Shown here one piece after another: positions 53,361-64,000 of a stretch of 64,000 nt of DNA. Positions within the stretch are counted from its first letter, which is position 1; each line of letters starts with the position of its first letter. Made by a program: the position numbers and the translations under genes. The notes below the pieces were generated by a model. The model was not told the DNA's origin. It searched no databases and saw nothing but the letters and a program-made list of their open reading frames with translations. Source of the DNA: Octopus sinensis (lineage: Eukaryota); the NCBI RefSeq assembly GCF_006345805.1, contig NC_043005.1, forward strand, positions 59,644,001 to 59,708,000, given 5' to 3'.

Positions 53361-55744
53361 TGAGAAGAATATATTGATTATATTGATCCAAATATTTCAC
53401 TGTTACATTATTTTTGTTCATCTCAGAACGATGAAAGACTAACTTCTCCTCGGCATTATCTGAACGAGCAACGTATCTTTTCCGACGCAATAGCGATTAT
53501 TCCATCCACCTCTACTTTTCAAGTTGATTTTGGTAATAACAATAAACAAGTGATAGAACGATTGACAGAATCAATAGAGTTGGAAATGCATAATTTGTTG
53601 CGCTGTTTAGTTACATCAAATTATGTATTAAGTTGTAATCTTGCTAGAGCTAACTTTTCCTTTTCATACTTTAATCCCACATCTACATAATTGATCAACT
53701 AAGTACCACTAATGTGCTTGAGTAGTTTACAGCAACCTATTGCAACCCCTTATAGAGAACAGCCTTGTATGAATGTAAGAAATCAATATTAGTAGCCATA
53801 TGACATGCTGTGCAGAATTAATATATTCGTTCTTTCGGCGTATAATGATATATACGCTTACTGGCTTGCTCCCAAGACAACGTCAACAATCTTTCGCGAA
53901 AAAAAGGGAAAATAGTAATGAAATATTTCACGACAGAATATATCATGTTATGTGTAAAGCCGTACAAATTAGATAGCAGAATTTACACATGTAATTTGTC
54001 AGGTTGTGTAAGCCTTACTACGCTAAAAAAGTAATGTGGCATCTGCAGGAATAATTAATCTTCCTGGTTGGAATATTTCCTTATGTTTAGTTAATACGCG
54101 TGATTTGACAGTCGCACATGCTGTTATTTGTTATCATTACTACTGCAGCTGTTGTTGATGTCGATTTTGTTGTTTCTGTTGTCATTGATGATGATATTTC
54201 CGAAGCTGTTGCTGCCATTTTATAGTTAATTCTGACTGAGCTTAATTATCGTTGCTGATACAATTCAGTTTATAAATGCTATTACGTGGATGTTACCGTT
54301 GCTGGTATTTCGCTTGCTGTTTTTATTATAATTTTTAAACTCTTCACCGGGGTTTGAATGACAGAATTTATGACGCTTATTTTCTTTGTCAAGCCCTCCC
54401 CACCACCGACATGATTTGCGGGAAAAAGAGAAAAGGTTATCTTCAAGTTAGAGACGTAGTCTGGATGCTTTAATCAGAGGGAGCTTCACCTAAAGTTACC
54501 AAATGGTGGTGATGCTAAACTATGTCAAAGAATAAGTCTTCGACTAAAGAATTGAAACTTAACAGAGCTGGAACGGCATTTTCCCTGATTCTCTTAGTCA
54601 CAATCGGGTAATCTATCTCATTAACCAATAAAGGTATACATAACTTCGATATGATTGGAAACCGACGTGCATAAAACCAGACCAAACACTGCAGGTTATT
54701 TATTTTTTATTGATATTTCTGCTGTTTTGTTACTTTTGTTATTGGTTTTGTCACCGAGGATGCTCCTGCTGGTCTTATTATTTTCTTATTTTTATCATCG
54801 CTGTGGTTCTTGTCATTATTTTGTTTCAAGTCAGCTCTGATCGAACATCTGTTCGATGATGAAAGATGTTCTACTACTGACCAATTAACCAGTTTATTTT
54901 ATATTAGGTATAGCATGTGTAGGGAAACCTGTGCACTAGGTTGCTACCGTTGTTGATGATCCTATTTTTGTCTGTTAATATTACTGTTTTTGCTTTATTT
55001 TTCTAATGATCTTCACTCCACACGTCAAATTTGATAATTGAAAGCTTCTAACATACACCAGTCGCACTAAATCAACATTCATCGGTTATGTGGCAGTCTT
55101 GTCGGCTGTAGTGAGAAACTCTAGAAGTGTGTGATAAGCGTCATTTAATCAGAAATCAGGATAGTTAGTATCGTTAAAGACTGAATAATCATCGTTGTAT
55201 TTCTAAGAAGGCGTGACCATGTTTGCTTGGTTATCTTTGCCAAGTATGCTAGCACTGACTTTATTCAGTTTTCTAATGTTATTAATCAGCTTAAGCTAAT
55301 GGTTAGTGTGTTGAACTAACATTCATGGTCATGCTTTTGCATTCTGAACGGCGGTGCCTTATTTATTTAAGCAAGGAATTTCTTTTCATTTTACTCCAAA
55401 TTACACAGTTTAAAATGAATACGAGCCATATCTTGCCCTAGCTGTCACATTCATGTGAAAGGTAGTCGGGCCTAAGGCTTAAGGTTAGCACTAGATTTCC
55501 GGTTGTCTCTGCTTCCTTGAGAAATATAGAAGAAAACAGAGCAAAAGACGAATAGATAAAATCAAAAATATGAAGTGAGACAAAGATGCAAACAATGAAG
55601 AGGAATGGGAGGTAACAACTCAAACAGAGGAAGCCAAACTAAAAGGAAAGGCAGCTATGACTTGGTTGATAAGAAATTATTTGTTGATATTCTATGAAAA
55701 CAAGCTAACCGTGTATAAATACGGTCTAGTAACTTGTATACAAA

Positions 55745-56128
55745 TCTCTCTCTATATAAACGGCAGTTTGTCTGTGCATTTTCTGTGTGTCTGTTTTCTC
55801 GTACCCTCACTCTGACCACGATTTCAACCGATTCTGATGAAACTTGACACACACATAGCCCAATGTCATAATTCAAAACTAACGCAGCGAAAATTTTGAA
55901 AAGTTCCCCCCAGTTCTGAAAAAATCGATAAATTCGACATGGTGGGTCGAGAATCAGAAACTCAAACCACAGACCGTCTACGGGACGCAACTCCACCTTT
56001 TTTAACTCTAAAAAAAATTTACCATAATTTTTTTCCCATTTTTTTGCTATTTTTTTGCTATAACTCTCTAAAAATGCTTTATAGTTATTTCCCTTACAAA
56101 CCTGAGCAACGCCGGGCGATACTGCTAG
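55745..56128 (+). mobile_element. Non-autonomous Helitron (384 bp)
   Basis: A|TC 5' end (caaa|tctctctctatataaac), subterminal degenerate hairpin cctgagcaacgccggg, 3' CTAG|T end and no TSD. Confidence 0.8.
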
Positions 56129-56383
56129 TCTGTATATAAATCTTATAACCTGTATGTAATTACAGTAATCAATATGAGTATTCAGCATTTACAACATTGT
56201 GATCTATGCAATAACGTCTATTGGTAAGAGATTACCTCAATGTCAACATCTTCATTTTATGATTGCTCTCTCTCTCTTTCTCCCTTCTGTCTCTCGAAAA
56301 ATTGAATGCACGGAAAATGGAATACACGGGAAACGTTATTTCTCACAACAATTGCTTCGACTCGTCCCGCATCGGTCACTCAC

Positions 56384-56565
56384 GGGTTGGGAAGTATACA
56401 ACTATTTGTGGTACATTCGCCTCGTCAGGTGTTGGTGTCTCGTCAGGTGTAGGCGTATCGTGAGGAGATGTAACAAAGGTATCTCATTAAATGAACTGTT
56501 TCGCTCGGATTTAATACAGTGATTGTAGGTTAAAGCCGTTACGCGGGAATGGCGACGGACAAATT
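56384..56565 (-). CDS. Candidate exon with Thr/Pro/Asp-rich repeat (stalk-like)
   Basis: Locally GC-elevated, with an in-frame 18-bp repeat giving TSPHDTPTPDETPTPDEANVPQIVVYFPT and a perfect donor C|gtgagt at 56384. The acceptor is either gag| at 56482 (99 nt, phase 1-1) or the stronger ctttacaacag| at 56565, which needs a 1-nt correction. Confidence 0.33.
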
Positions 56566-56963
56566 CTGTTGTAAAGTTATAGAGACAGGGAATAATTAAG
56601 GAAAATAAGAACGATAAGAAAAATTAGGAGAATAAGACATACAATAAAGTAAATAATGAAGTGTGTGAGTACCTAAATATTGTTAGTTCCATACTCTCAC
56701 ATGCAATCTCTCCTGCATGTTCGTACACACACACATGCACGCACGTAAGAGCAGTTAAGTAGATGGCATTAAACCGCCCAGCCATTCTTGTATCCAATTG
56801 TGAGACAAGGCACCGCACAGTCGTTTCAGGCTGACTGGTTCAGGGACCTCCGTTGGTCGTAATGAACGCGTTTTTTATACGTGTACTACTAGGAACATAC
56901 ATACATATATACATACATACATTATATATATATATATATGCATACATGGGTACAGGACATATG

Positions 56964-56996
<33 letters not shown>

Positions 56997-57185
56997 TTGG
57001 TGAATTGAAGAAATGGAGCTGAACGCAGATTGAACAGAAATCGTTTTATTTCATTCTACACGTGATACATAAATACATATATATACGTATATATTTATGT
57101 ATATATATGTATGAATGTATGTATGTATGTGAATGCTCCTAGTAATACACCTATATATATATATATACATACGTACATACATACA

Positions 57186-57216
<31 letters not shown>

Positions 57217-57360
57217 GAGAGAAAGTGCGTGTGAGTGAGAGAGATGCGCATACCTATAGGAACACACATAGACTGTTATTCTCTGCGTGTTGGTTTGTCT
57301 GACGCTCTGCCTTTCTCTAGGACTCTGTTTCCTTCTCCAGCTCCCTGTCTCTCCCTTCTC

Positions 57361-57397
<37 letters not shown>

Positions 57398-58706
57398 ACG
57401 CTCTGTTTCACCGAAGTATTCATATTCAATTATCATGTTCATGTGTTCTTTCCTAGTTCAAAAAAAAAAAATGGCCTGGAAGAGAATCTGCTAATAGATA
57501 TTTTATTGTCTACGAAATCAAAGACAGAGTATTCAACTATTCTTCAGGTTAATACCCTCAGCCACTGCGATTCAGTTTGTAAACATTGCACTTCACCCCG
57601 TGGGATTTTGTGAGATTGAGCAAAGTCTACTCTATCGTAACAATTCGGACTAGGTACCTATTTTGAGAATAATTTTGAACTTTCTTCTGACGAATCTCCT
57701 AAGTTCTGGTTAATTCGTTAATATATTTTCATCATGTAGAGATGTACAGACTGTTGATATATCTGTGACTTGTAGGCAGCTAATCATGCCGAGATCAACG
57801 TCGAGTATTTATCCAAATACGAGGATAATCATAAGTGTTGTAGCGTATCTGCATGGCTCTTTGCATTCTGAGATGCTGTGTGGTAGACATAATTCGCTAT
57901 CACGTTCAAAATCACGATCTGATTGTTGGAGCTGTTTTTAATTGATTTTATTTTATTGCAATTATTCAAGTCAACGTTCCTGTATGAGTGTTGTTTCATC
58001 TCTTTCTTCGGCCAGTCACAGAGGCCACCGAAGAAATAACGGGTTATGGGCGCAGTCCTTTAATACTGATTAAATGTTAAGAAGTCTAAAGTTTATTTAA
58101 TTATTTTTAACAACAGCAGATAGAAAATTAGAAAAAAAGGCAAAAGATAAAAAACGAGTACCTCATGTTCAATGAAATGCATATAAATATGGTATAATAA
58201 TGGTAATCAAGTAAGAGTCTTCATTGCAGTTATCATGTAATGAGGAAAAGAACTATAATTCATTAACTAATTCTTATACAACGCGAAATAATCTTAATTT
58301 TCAAGAAATGTCATTATATTAAGTAATAGCGATCCGTGGTACAAATCATATTACATCTCCGAACGATCATCGAAGTCTATGAATGTAACATTATATAACA
58401 ACTATTGTACGTTTTTCATCGAATCCTATATTCCTTTCTCTTTCTAACGGAGGACCAATGTCTGAGACGATCAGGGTAGAGTAAGAAATCGGCGAGATAG
58501 TATTTCTAGAATTAAGCTCTTATTAGATTAATTTCACATCACTTGTTACATTAATCATCCATAGAATTGCAGGAACGTCACAAAGAACATATTTATTGTC
58601 TGAAAAATAGCGAAAAAATATTCTTCCTTCTCCCCCTTGATTTATGCAAGTTCAACTGACTCCGATTTCTTATTTCATACTTTTGCTTTTCAAACAATCT
58701 TCCACA

Positions 58707-59083
58707 CACAAATGCCAAAACATTGCAGCATTCTAAGGAATGCTGGGGCCTAAATGTAAAATAATGATGAAGGATATAATTAAGGCTTTAGTTTGAAGCA
58801 GTTTCCGGTTGCATTCTCTGGATCACTGGATAACGTGATCTCGTAATTACAATTAAGCAAGGAACTAGTTAATTATTCAGTGCTTCCGTTCATGCCACAA
58901 ATGCCAAAACATTGCAGCATTCTAAGGATGCTGGGGCCTAAATGTAAAATAATGATGAAGGATTATAATTAAGGCTTTAGTTTGAAGCAGTTCCGGTTGC
59001 ATTCTCTGGATCACTGGATAACGTGATCTCGTAATTACAATTAAGCAAGGAACTAGTTAATTATTCAGTGCTTCCGTTCATGC
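58707..59083 (+). repeat. Head-to-tail duplication of a ~189-bp unit
   Basis: 58707-58895 and 58896-59083 differ only by three single-base indels. Confidence 0.95.
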
Positions 59084-60859
59084 AAGAAGTGACTGTTAAC
59101 AAAGCAAGGTTAGTGTGACCCGAAAGTACTACTTAGAAATACATTATTATTAAAGAGGTGAGAGATAAGAATGGAAAATGAAGAAAATTAATTTCTTGCA
59201 ATGACGCAATGACGACTACACATTCTGCCTGAGGGAGCATTCAAGTAAATGGCTACCAATACTTGACTAGTGCTTAATTCTTCAATGAAAGGCGTAGAGA
59301 ATTATTGTGTGATTTGAACTTAGAGTGTAAAATAGCGTAATTAAGTATTACAAATAACATACCTGACATTATGTTGAGTGTCCCACTTCAACATGTGAGA
59401 AATTTAAATATATTAATATAGCACAGGGTCAGTATGAGTAAAATGCAAATCGTATAGCGATGAGGAATAGAACAACTGACCTCATCTCTTCACAGATGCT
59501 TCTTATTAGTACATTTGCACGTTGTCATGTTGAAGTTTAGTGTTTCTATTTCTCTGTTAAATACCAAAGTAATACGCTATTATCACACGTCATTGGCGTA
59601 TTTGCTTGTCGTATTCTTGTTCATAGTGTGCAATACCAGATCATTTCTGATGAAGCAACCACTGGTGTCTAGAAAGTTGAGCAAAAGGTTAGAAGCGAAC
59701 CAAAGTACCAAATGGTCCGTATGAAGTCTGATTTATTTTCGCTAATGAACGTATTGAACATACTGGCATGCAGTGATTAATTGAATGCAATACATTGCTG
59801 GGGCTGGTCGTTATATATTCTCTCTACTAAATAGTCCTGTTTCAGGTTTCTGCTTTTGCTATTGACCTGGTAGATGTCCTGGTGAGCTCTGAAGAGGTAG
59901 TTCTGTACTCGACATTATTCAGCCCATAACTATCGCGTCATTATATTTCAAGCGGCGTGCCTACGATTCTGCTATCCGACTATATATATATATATATATA
60001 TATACTTTTAATAGACGGTTACTTTATAAATTGACGAATACATTGTGTTTACTTATAACTATTTGTGTGAACAACGATTAAATGATCACAGCAGCAGCAA
60101 CTAAAGTTGGTTAACTCACTGTTACTATAACAGTTGCTGATCTAATTCAGATATTTAGAAGAAAGTGAAATCAAAATACGATCTTCACTTTCTCTCAGTA
60201 TGGCCATATTTTTTTCTATTCGAAGTTTATTCCAATATTGTAGCCCGAAGAAATGCGAGGCTATTACGGTGAGAAATTGCCTGTAGACATTGACGTTGGT
60301 ATCAGTTGATGAAATTGGATTATTACCTTAATTTCTGATACTTAGTGTATATACTTCTATGTATGTATGTATGTATGTATGTATGTATGTATGCTACTAT
60401 GTTTGTATGTTTGCATGTATGTATGTGTGTATGTGTGTATGTAAGTGTGTGTATGTAAGTATGTATGTATGCATGTATGTAGGTTTGCATGTATGCATGA
60501 ATGTATGTGTGTATGGGTGTATGTATGTTTATATGTATATATGTATGTATGCATGTATGTATGTATGTATGTATGTATGTATGTATGTTCCCTATCTGTT
60601 TTTCATTTAGAGGTCCGTTGTTTTAATATTTCGAATGCTTCAAATAACTCGAGATCAAAACGAACATCTATTCAGTTTTCTGTATATGTAGGATTAGAAA
60701 AGAAGTTTCCACTAAAAATATATATGTGTATGTGTGTATTTGTGTGTGTGAGTGTGTATTTGTATGAATTCACATATGCACACACTAGAACCAGAGCTGC
60801 ACAGACGAATGTTGATTAAAATTACATGCATAGCATGCATATATGTATACGTGTGCGTG

Positions 60860-60907
<48 letters not shown>

Positions 60908-61258
60908 TATGTATGTTGATTGTGTCAAGACTTCTATATTGATAGAAATAAGAGGTAAAATACACCTAAAGTTTCCCCACAACAATAACAATAGTAACTA
61001 TAACCAATTACCTCCCCTTATTTTTCTACTTGTGAAGTCATTCACTCATAAATATTATCACACACAACATGGACAAAAATTTCATCTTCAGAAAATGTAT
61101 ATTCAAATTCGTAAAGCATAATATCGAGAATAGCGAAAGTGAAACCGGTCGATATATTAAAAATTATATTAAAACTATGTAAAGTGTGTGTATTTTCCTT
61201 ATTTTCTTATATATATATATTTATATATATATATATTAATTTCTTATATATGTATATA

Positions 61259-61663
61259 CGCAGGAGTGGCTGCGTGGTAAGTAGCTTGCTTACCAAGCAC
61301 ATGGTAACGAGTTCAGTCCCACTGTGTAGTACCTTCGGCGAGTGTGGCACCTCAGGCCGACCAAAGTCTTGTGAGTGGGTTTGGTAGACGGAAACTGAAA
61401 GAAGGCCGTCATATATATGCATATGTATATATATATATGTGTGTGTGTGTGTGTGCTTGTATGTCTGTGTTTGTCCCCCCACATCGCTTGACAACCGATG
61501 CTTGTGTGCTTACATCCCCGTAAAAGGGCAAAAGACAAAAGAGACCGATAGAATAAGTACTAGGCTTACAAAGAATAAGTCCTGGGGTCAATTTTCTCGA
61601 CTAAAGGCGGTGCTCCAGCATGACCGCAGTCAATGACTGAACAAGTATAAGAGTAAAAGAGTA
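61259..61663 (+). mobile_element. Full-length family A tRNA-derived SINE
   Basis: cgcaggagtggctgcgtggt (A box), gagttcagtccc (B box), central cctcaggccgaccaaag block, internal (AT/GT)n tract and a gtaaaagagt-type tail. Confidence 0.9.
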
Positions 61664-61676
61664 ATATATATATATA

Positions 61677-61736
<60 letters not shown>

Positions 61737-62821
61737 AGTTTGTATATATGAAAATGCATAAACACATGCGTAATTCGGATGCAATTTAATAATACAGTTT
61801 TAAATGCAAATTGTGCCTCTAATATCCTCATTTGAGTTTTTATTTTGTATTTAATAATCCCAATTTTAATGTAAATGATTCAAGGATTTCTATATTTTAT
61901 ATATCTCTCTATATATATATATATATATTCTTCTTTTAATCTATATATATTATATATCCTATAATCTCATAATATATATGTATATACGTCCATCCCTGCA
62001 TACATAAATCCATACATACATACACGTGCGTGTTGTTTGCCTATTGCTTAATACGATCCCATTTTCATTAACATTGTTATTATCTATCAAAATGTAATAT
62101 ATAATTTCGTTGACACAAGCCGCATATAATTTCCGATTTAAACAGCAAAATCATAAACGAAAGCATTCAAAGACGTTTATATAATAGAACTAAAATTATA
62201 TTTTAAAAAATAGCTATTTCTCAAAATAGCACATCGTAATTATTCACATCTGTAATTACATTTGGGCAGTTATTTCAATATGGGTTTCCAATTTAACGCT
62301 TATTAATCCAGAAGGGATCATGTGGGATATCAAGGAATGTTATAATACTAGGAGAACTGACGTAAAAGTGGAATATGATATTCATCCGTAGGCGGTAGGA
62401 AAGCGAAAGCACACAAAAGAGACATAAACAAACTAATTAGGAGCAATTTGTAATTTAAATTTAATGCTAAGTAGATATAACCAAAATAATCTAATAGCGC
62501 AGAGCGCACGCACACGCACACACCCTTACGCACACGCATGCACACTCTCACTCATGTATTCTGTTATATATATTGGACGCACCTACACTGGGGCATTACC
62601 TTAAAATGTGAATGTGTTCGAATAAATTGACCCAAGTACCTAAGTTTTTTTTAAGCCTGGTACATATTCGATCGAGTCGCTAGATGACGGGGTCATAAGC
62701 AAGTTAGCACTGAATGAATATACGGTCATTTCAAATACGCATACCGACATTTCAAAATGTAACCACATGTGAATCGTTGGCGATCTGTTTTTCCTCCATC
62801 TTCCTTTTCTATTGAACTTTA

Positions 62822-62860
62822 CTCTGTTTCTGAAGAAAAGCTTCGCTCGAAACGTGATCC
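62822..62860 (+). ncRNA. Degenerate minimal hammerhead-ribozyme-like motif in a Penelope-like terminal fragment
   Basis: CUGAAGA-A-aAGC-UUC-GCUC-GAAACGU at 62830-62855. The stem II closing pair and the cleavage nucleotide deviate from consensus. Confidence 0.3.
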
Positions 62861-63035
62861 CACCTTTCTTTCCTTCTCTGGGTGTCTGCTAATACTTTAC
62901 ATGTACCACGTACTCGTGTTTTTGCTTTTTGGTGCGTTTGTTCATCGTTTGTTCAGAGGGGGGATTTGCTATATACATACATACATACATTCATATAATA
63001 TTATATATATATATATATCTATATATATATATTAT

Positions 63036-63075
<40 letters not shown>

Positions 63076-63398
63076 AACCACAATATGTATATCTGTATGT
63101 ACGTATATGTAAATTAATAAAAACAGCTAGTAATGGAGAATTATCTTCGTCAACTAAACGTGATTAACGGTTTCAAGACACCTTACATTGCTAGAAATAA
63201 GAGCTTAAATGCTCCAATGCTGTTACGAATACATTACATATATTCTAATAAGAGCTGCAATCGACCCGACTCTGAACCGAGAATTCCTTAGACTGACCGT
63301 CCTTTCAGCAATTTATACTTTATCTTTTTTTGGTGTGTGTGTGTGTACGTGTACACACACACACTCACGAACACGCACAATCATATATATGTATGTAT

Positions 63399-63457
<59 letters not shown>

Positions 63458-63497
63458 TATATATAATATATTATTTATATATATATACAAACACACA

Positions 63498-63600
63498 TAC
63501 GACAGGCTTCTTTCAGTTTCCGTTTACAATTCACTCACAGGTGTTTGATTGGCCTCGGGGCTAAAGACATCTGCCTAAGGTCCCGCTCAGTGCGACTAAG
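63498..63600 (-). mobile_element. Family A SINE fragment
   Basis: acgacaggcttctttcagtttccgttt...cactcacagg...ggcctcgggg is the reverse complement of the central block. Confidence 0.75.
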
Positions 63601-64000
63601 CTTTATTCAGCGGAAGAAAGAAAACGTTATCACACATTTTAATTAACTACGAACTTTTCAATAAATCGCGGAATTGTTATCTCAGTTAATATTACTGAAT
63701 CCTTAAAACAAAAATTATATCATGAATTTAAAAACTAATCATGTCCGTGAGATATTAAAAGGAAATTCCACTGCTCATCTCATTACTAGCAATTTCAATG
63801 CAGTACAGTGTAGGTAGGTAGACAGAGTCTAAAATAAAATGAGTAGGAAGGGCTTGGAAGCTCATAGAGTAACAGTATTAGGTAGTCATTCCATCTAAAA
63901 GGTACATTGGTAAAGGAAATATGAACACTCTATGTAGTATAAATCCTGAGATATGTTGTATAATGAGATTTAGGTCATACCACTAGCTTATTATAGACCA

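Noticed and set aside
52858-53490. 210-aa, 163-aa and 126-aa repeat-protein ORFs
   Set aside because: They are read-throughs of the 45-bp SINE-derived array, open in several frames, with no coding evidence.
53427-53532. Plus-strand exon-like segments with good splice signals (also ~8540-8710, ~12335-12480, ~27370-27480, ~50560-50635, 59846-59881)
   Set aside because: These are short open frames without recognisable homology and do not form a coherent model. Such pseudo-exons are common in AT-rich DNA, but a plus-strand gene cannot be excluded without RNA data.
53850-53900. LSWEQA lectin-like motif with gtaagc donor on the minus strand
   Set aside because: The expected Cys does not follow, and the surrounding frame is not lectin-like.
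55655-56188. 177-aa minus-strand ORF
   Set aside because: It spans the non-autonomous Helitron and has no recognisable motif.

Overview
AT-rich, microsatellite-dense eukaryotic DNA. The tRNA-headed SINE families and the density of (AT)n, (ATAC)n and (TAA)n repeats match what I recognise as Octopus (cephalopod) genomic sequence; this is recognition from memory, not a database search. There is no complete gene, operon, rRNA, true tRNA or CRISPR array, and nearly all supplied ORFs are read-throughs of microsatellites or SINEs. The window contains many copies of at least three tRNA-derived SINE families, several decayed Tc1/mariner elements, an R4/Dong-type RT remnant, a non-autonomous Helitron, a TTAA-flanked MITE, Penelope-like fragments, SINE-derived minisatellites and local duplications. 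A few minus-strand candidate exons may belong to a secreted or cell-surface Cys-rich protein; the best is 17047-16655. The most striking structure is a mariner (50978-52285) in which a stretch beginning just before the first catalytic Asp is replaced by a ~440-bp copy of DNA lying just outside the element. I cannot support a claim of a new biological system. Indel-only differences in one near-identical duplicate suggest long-read consensus errors, so frameshifts and stops should be read cautiously.
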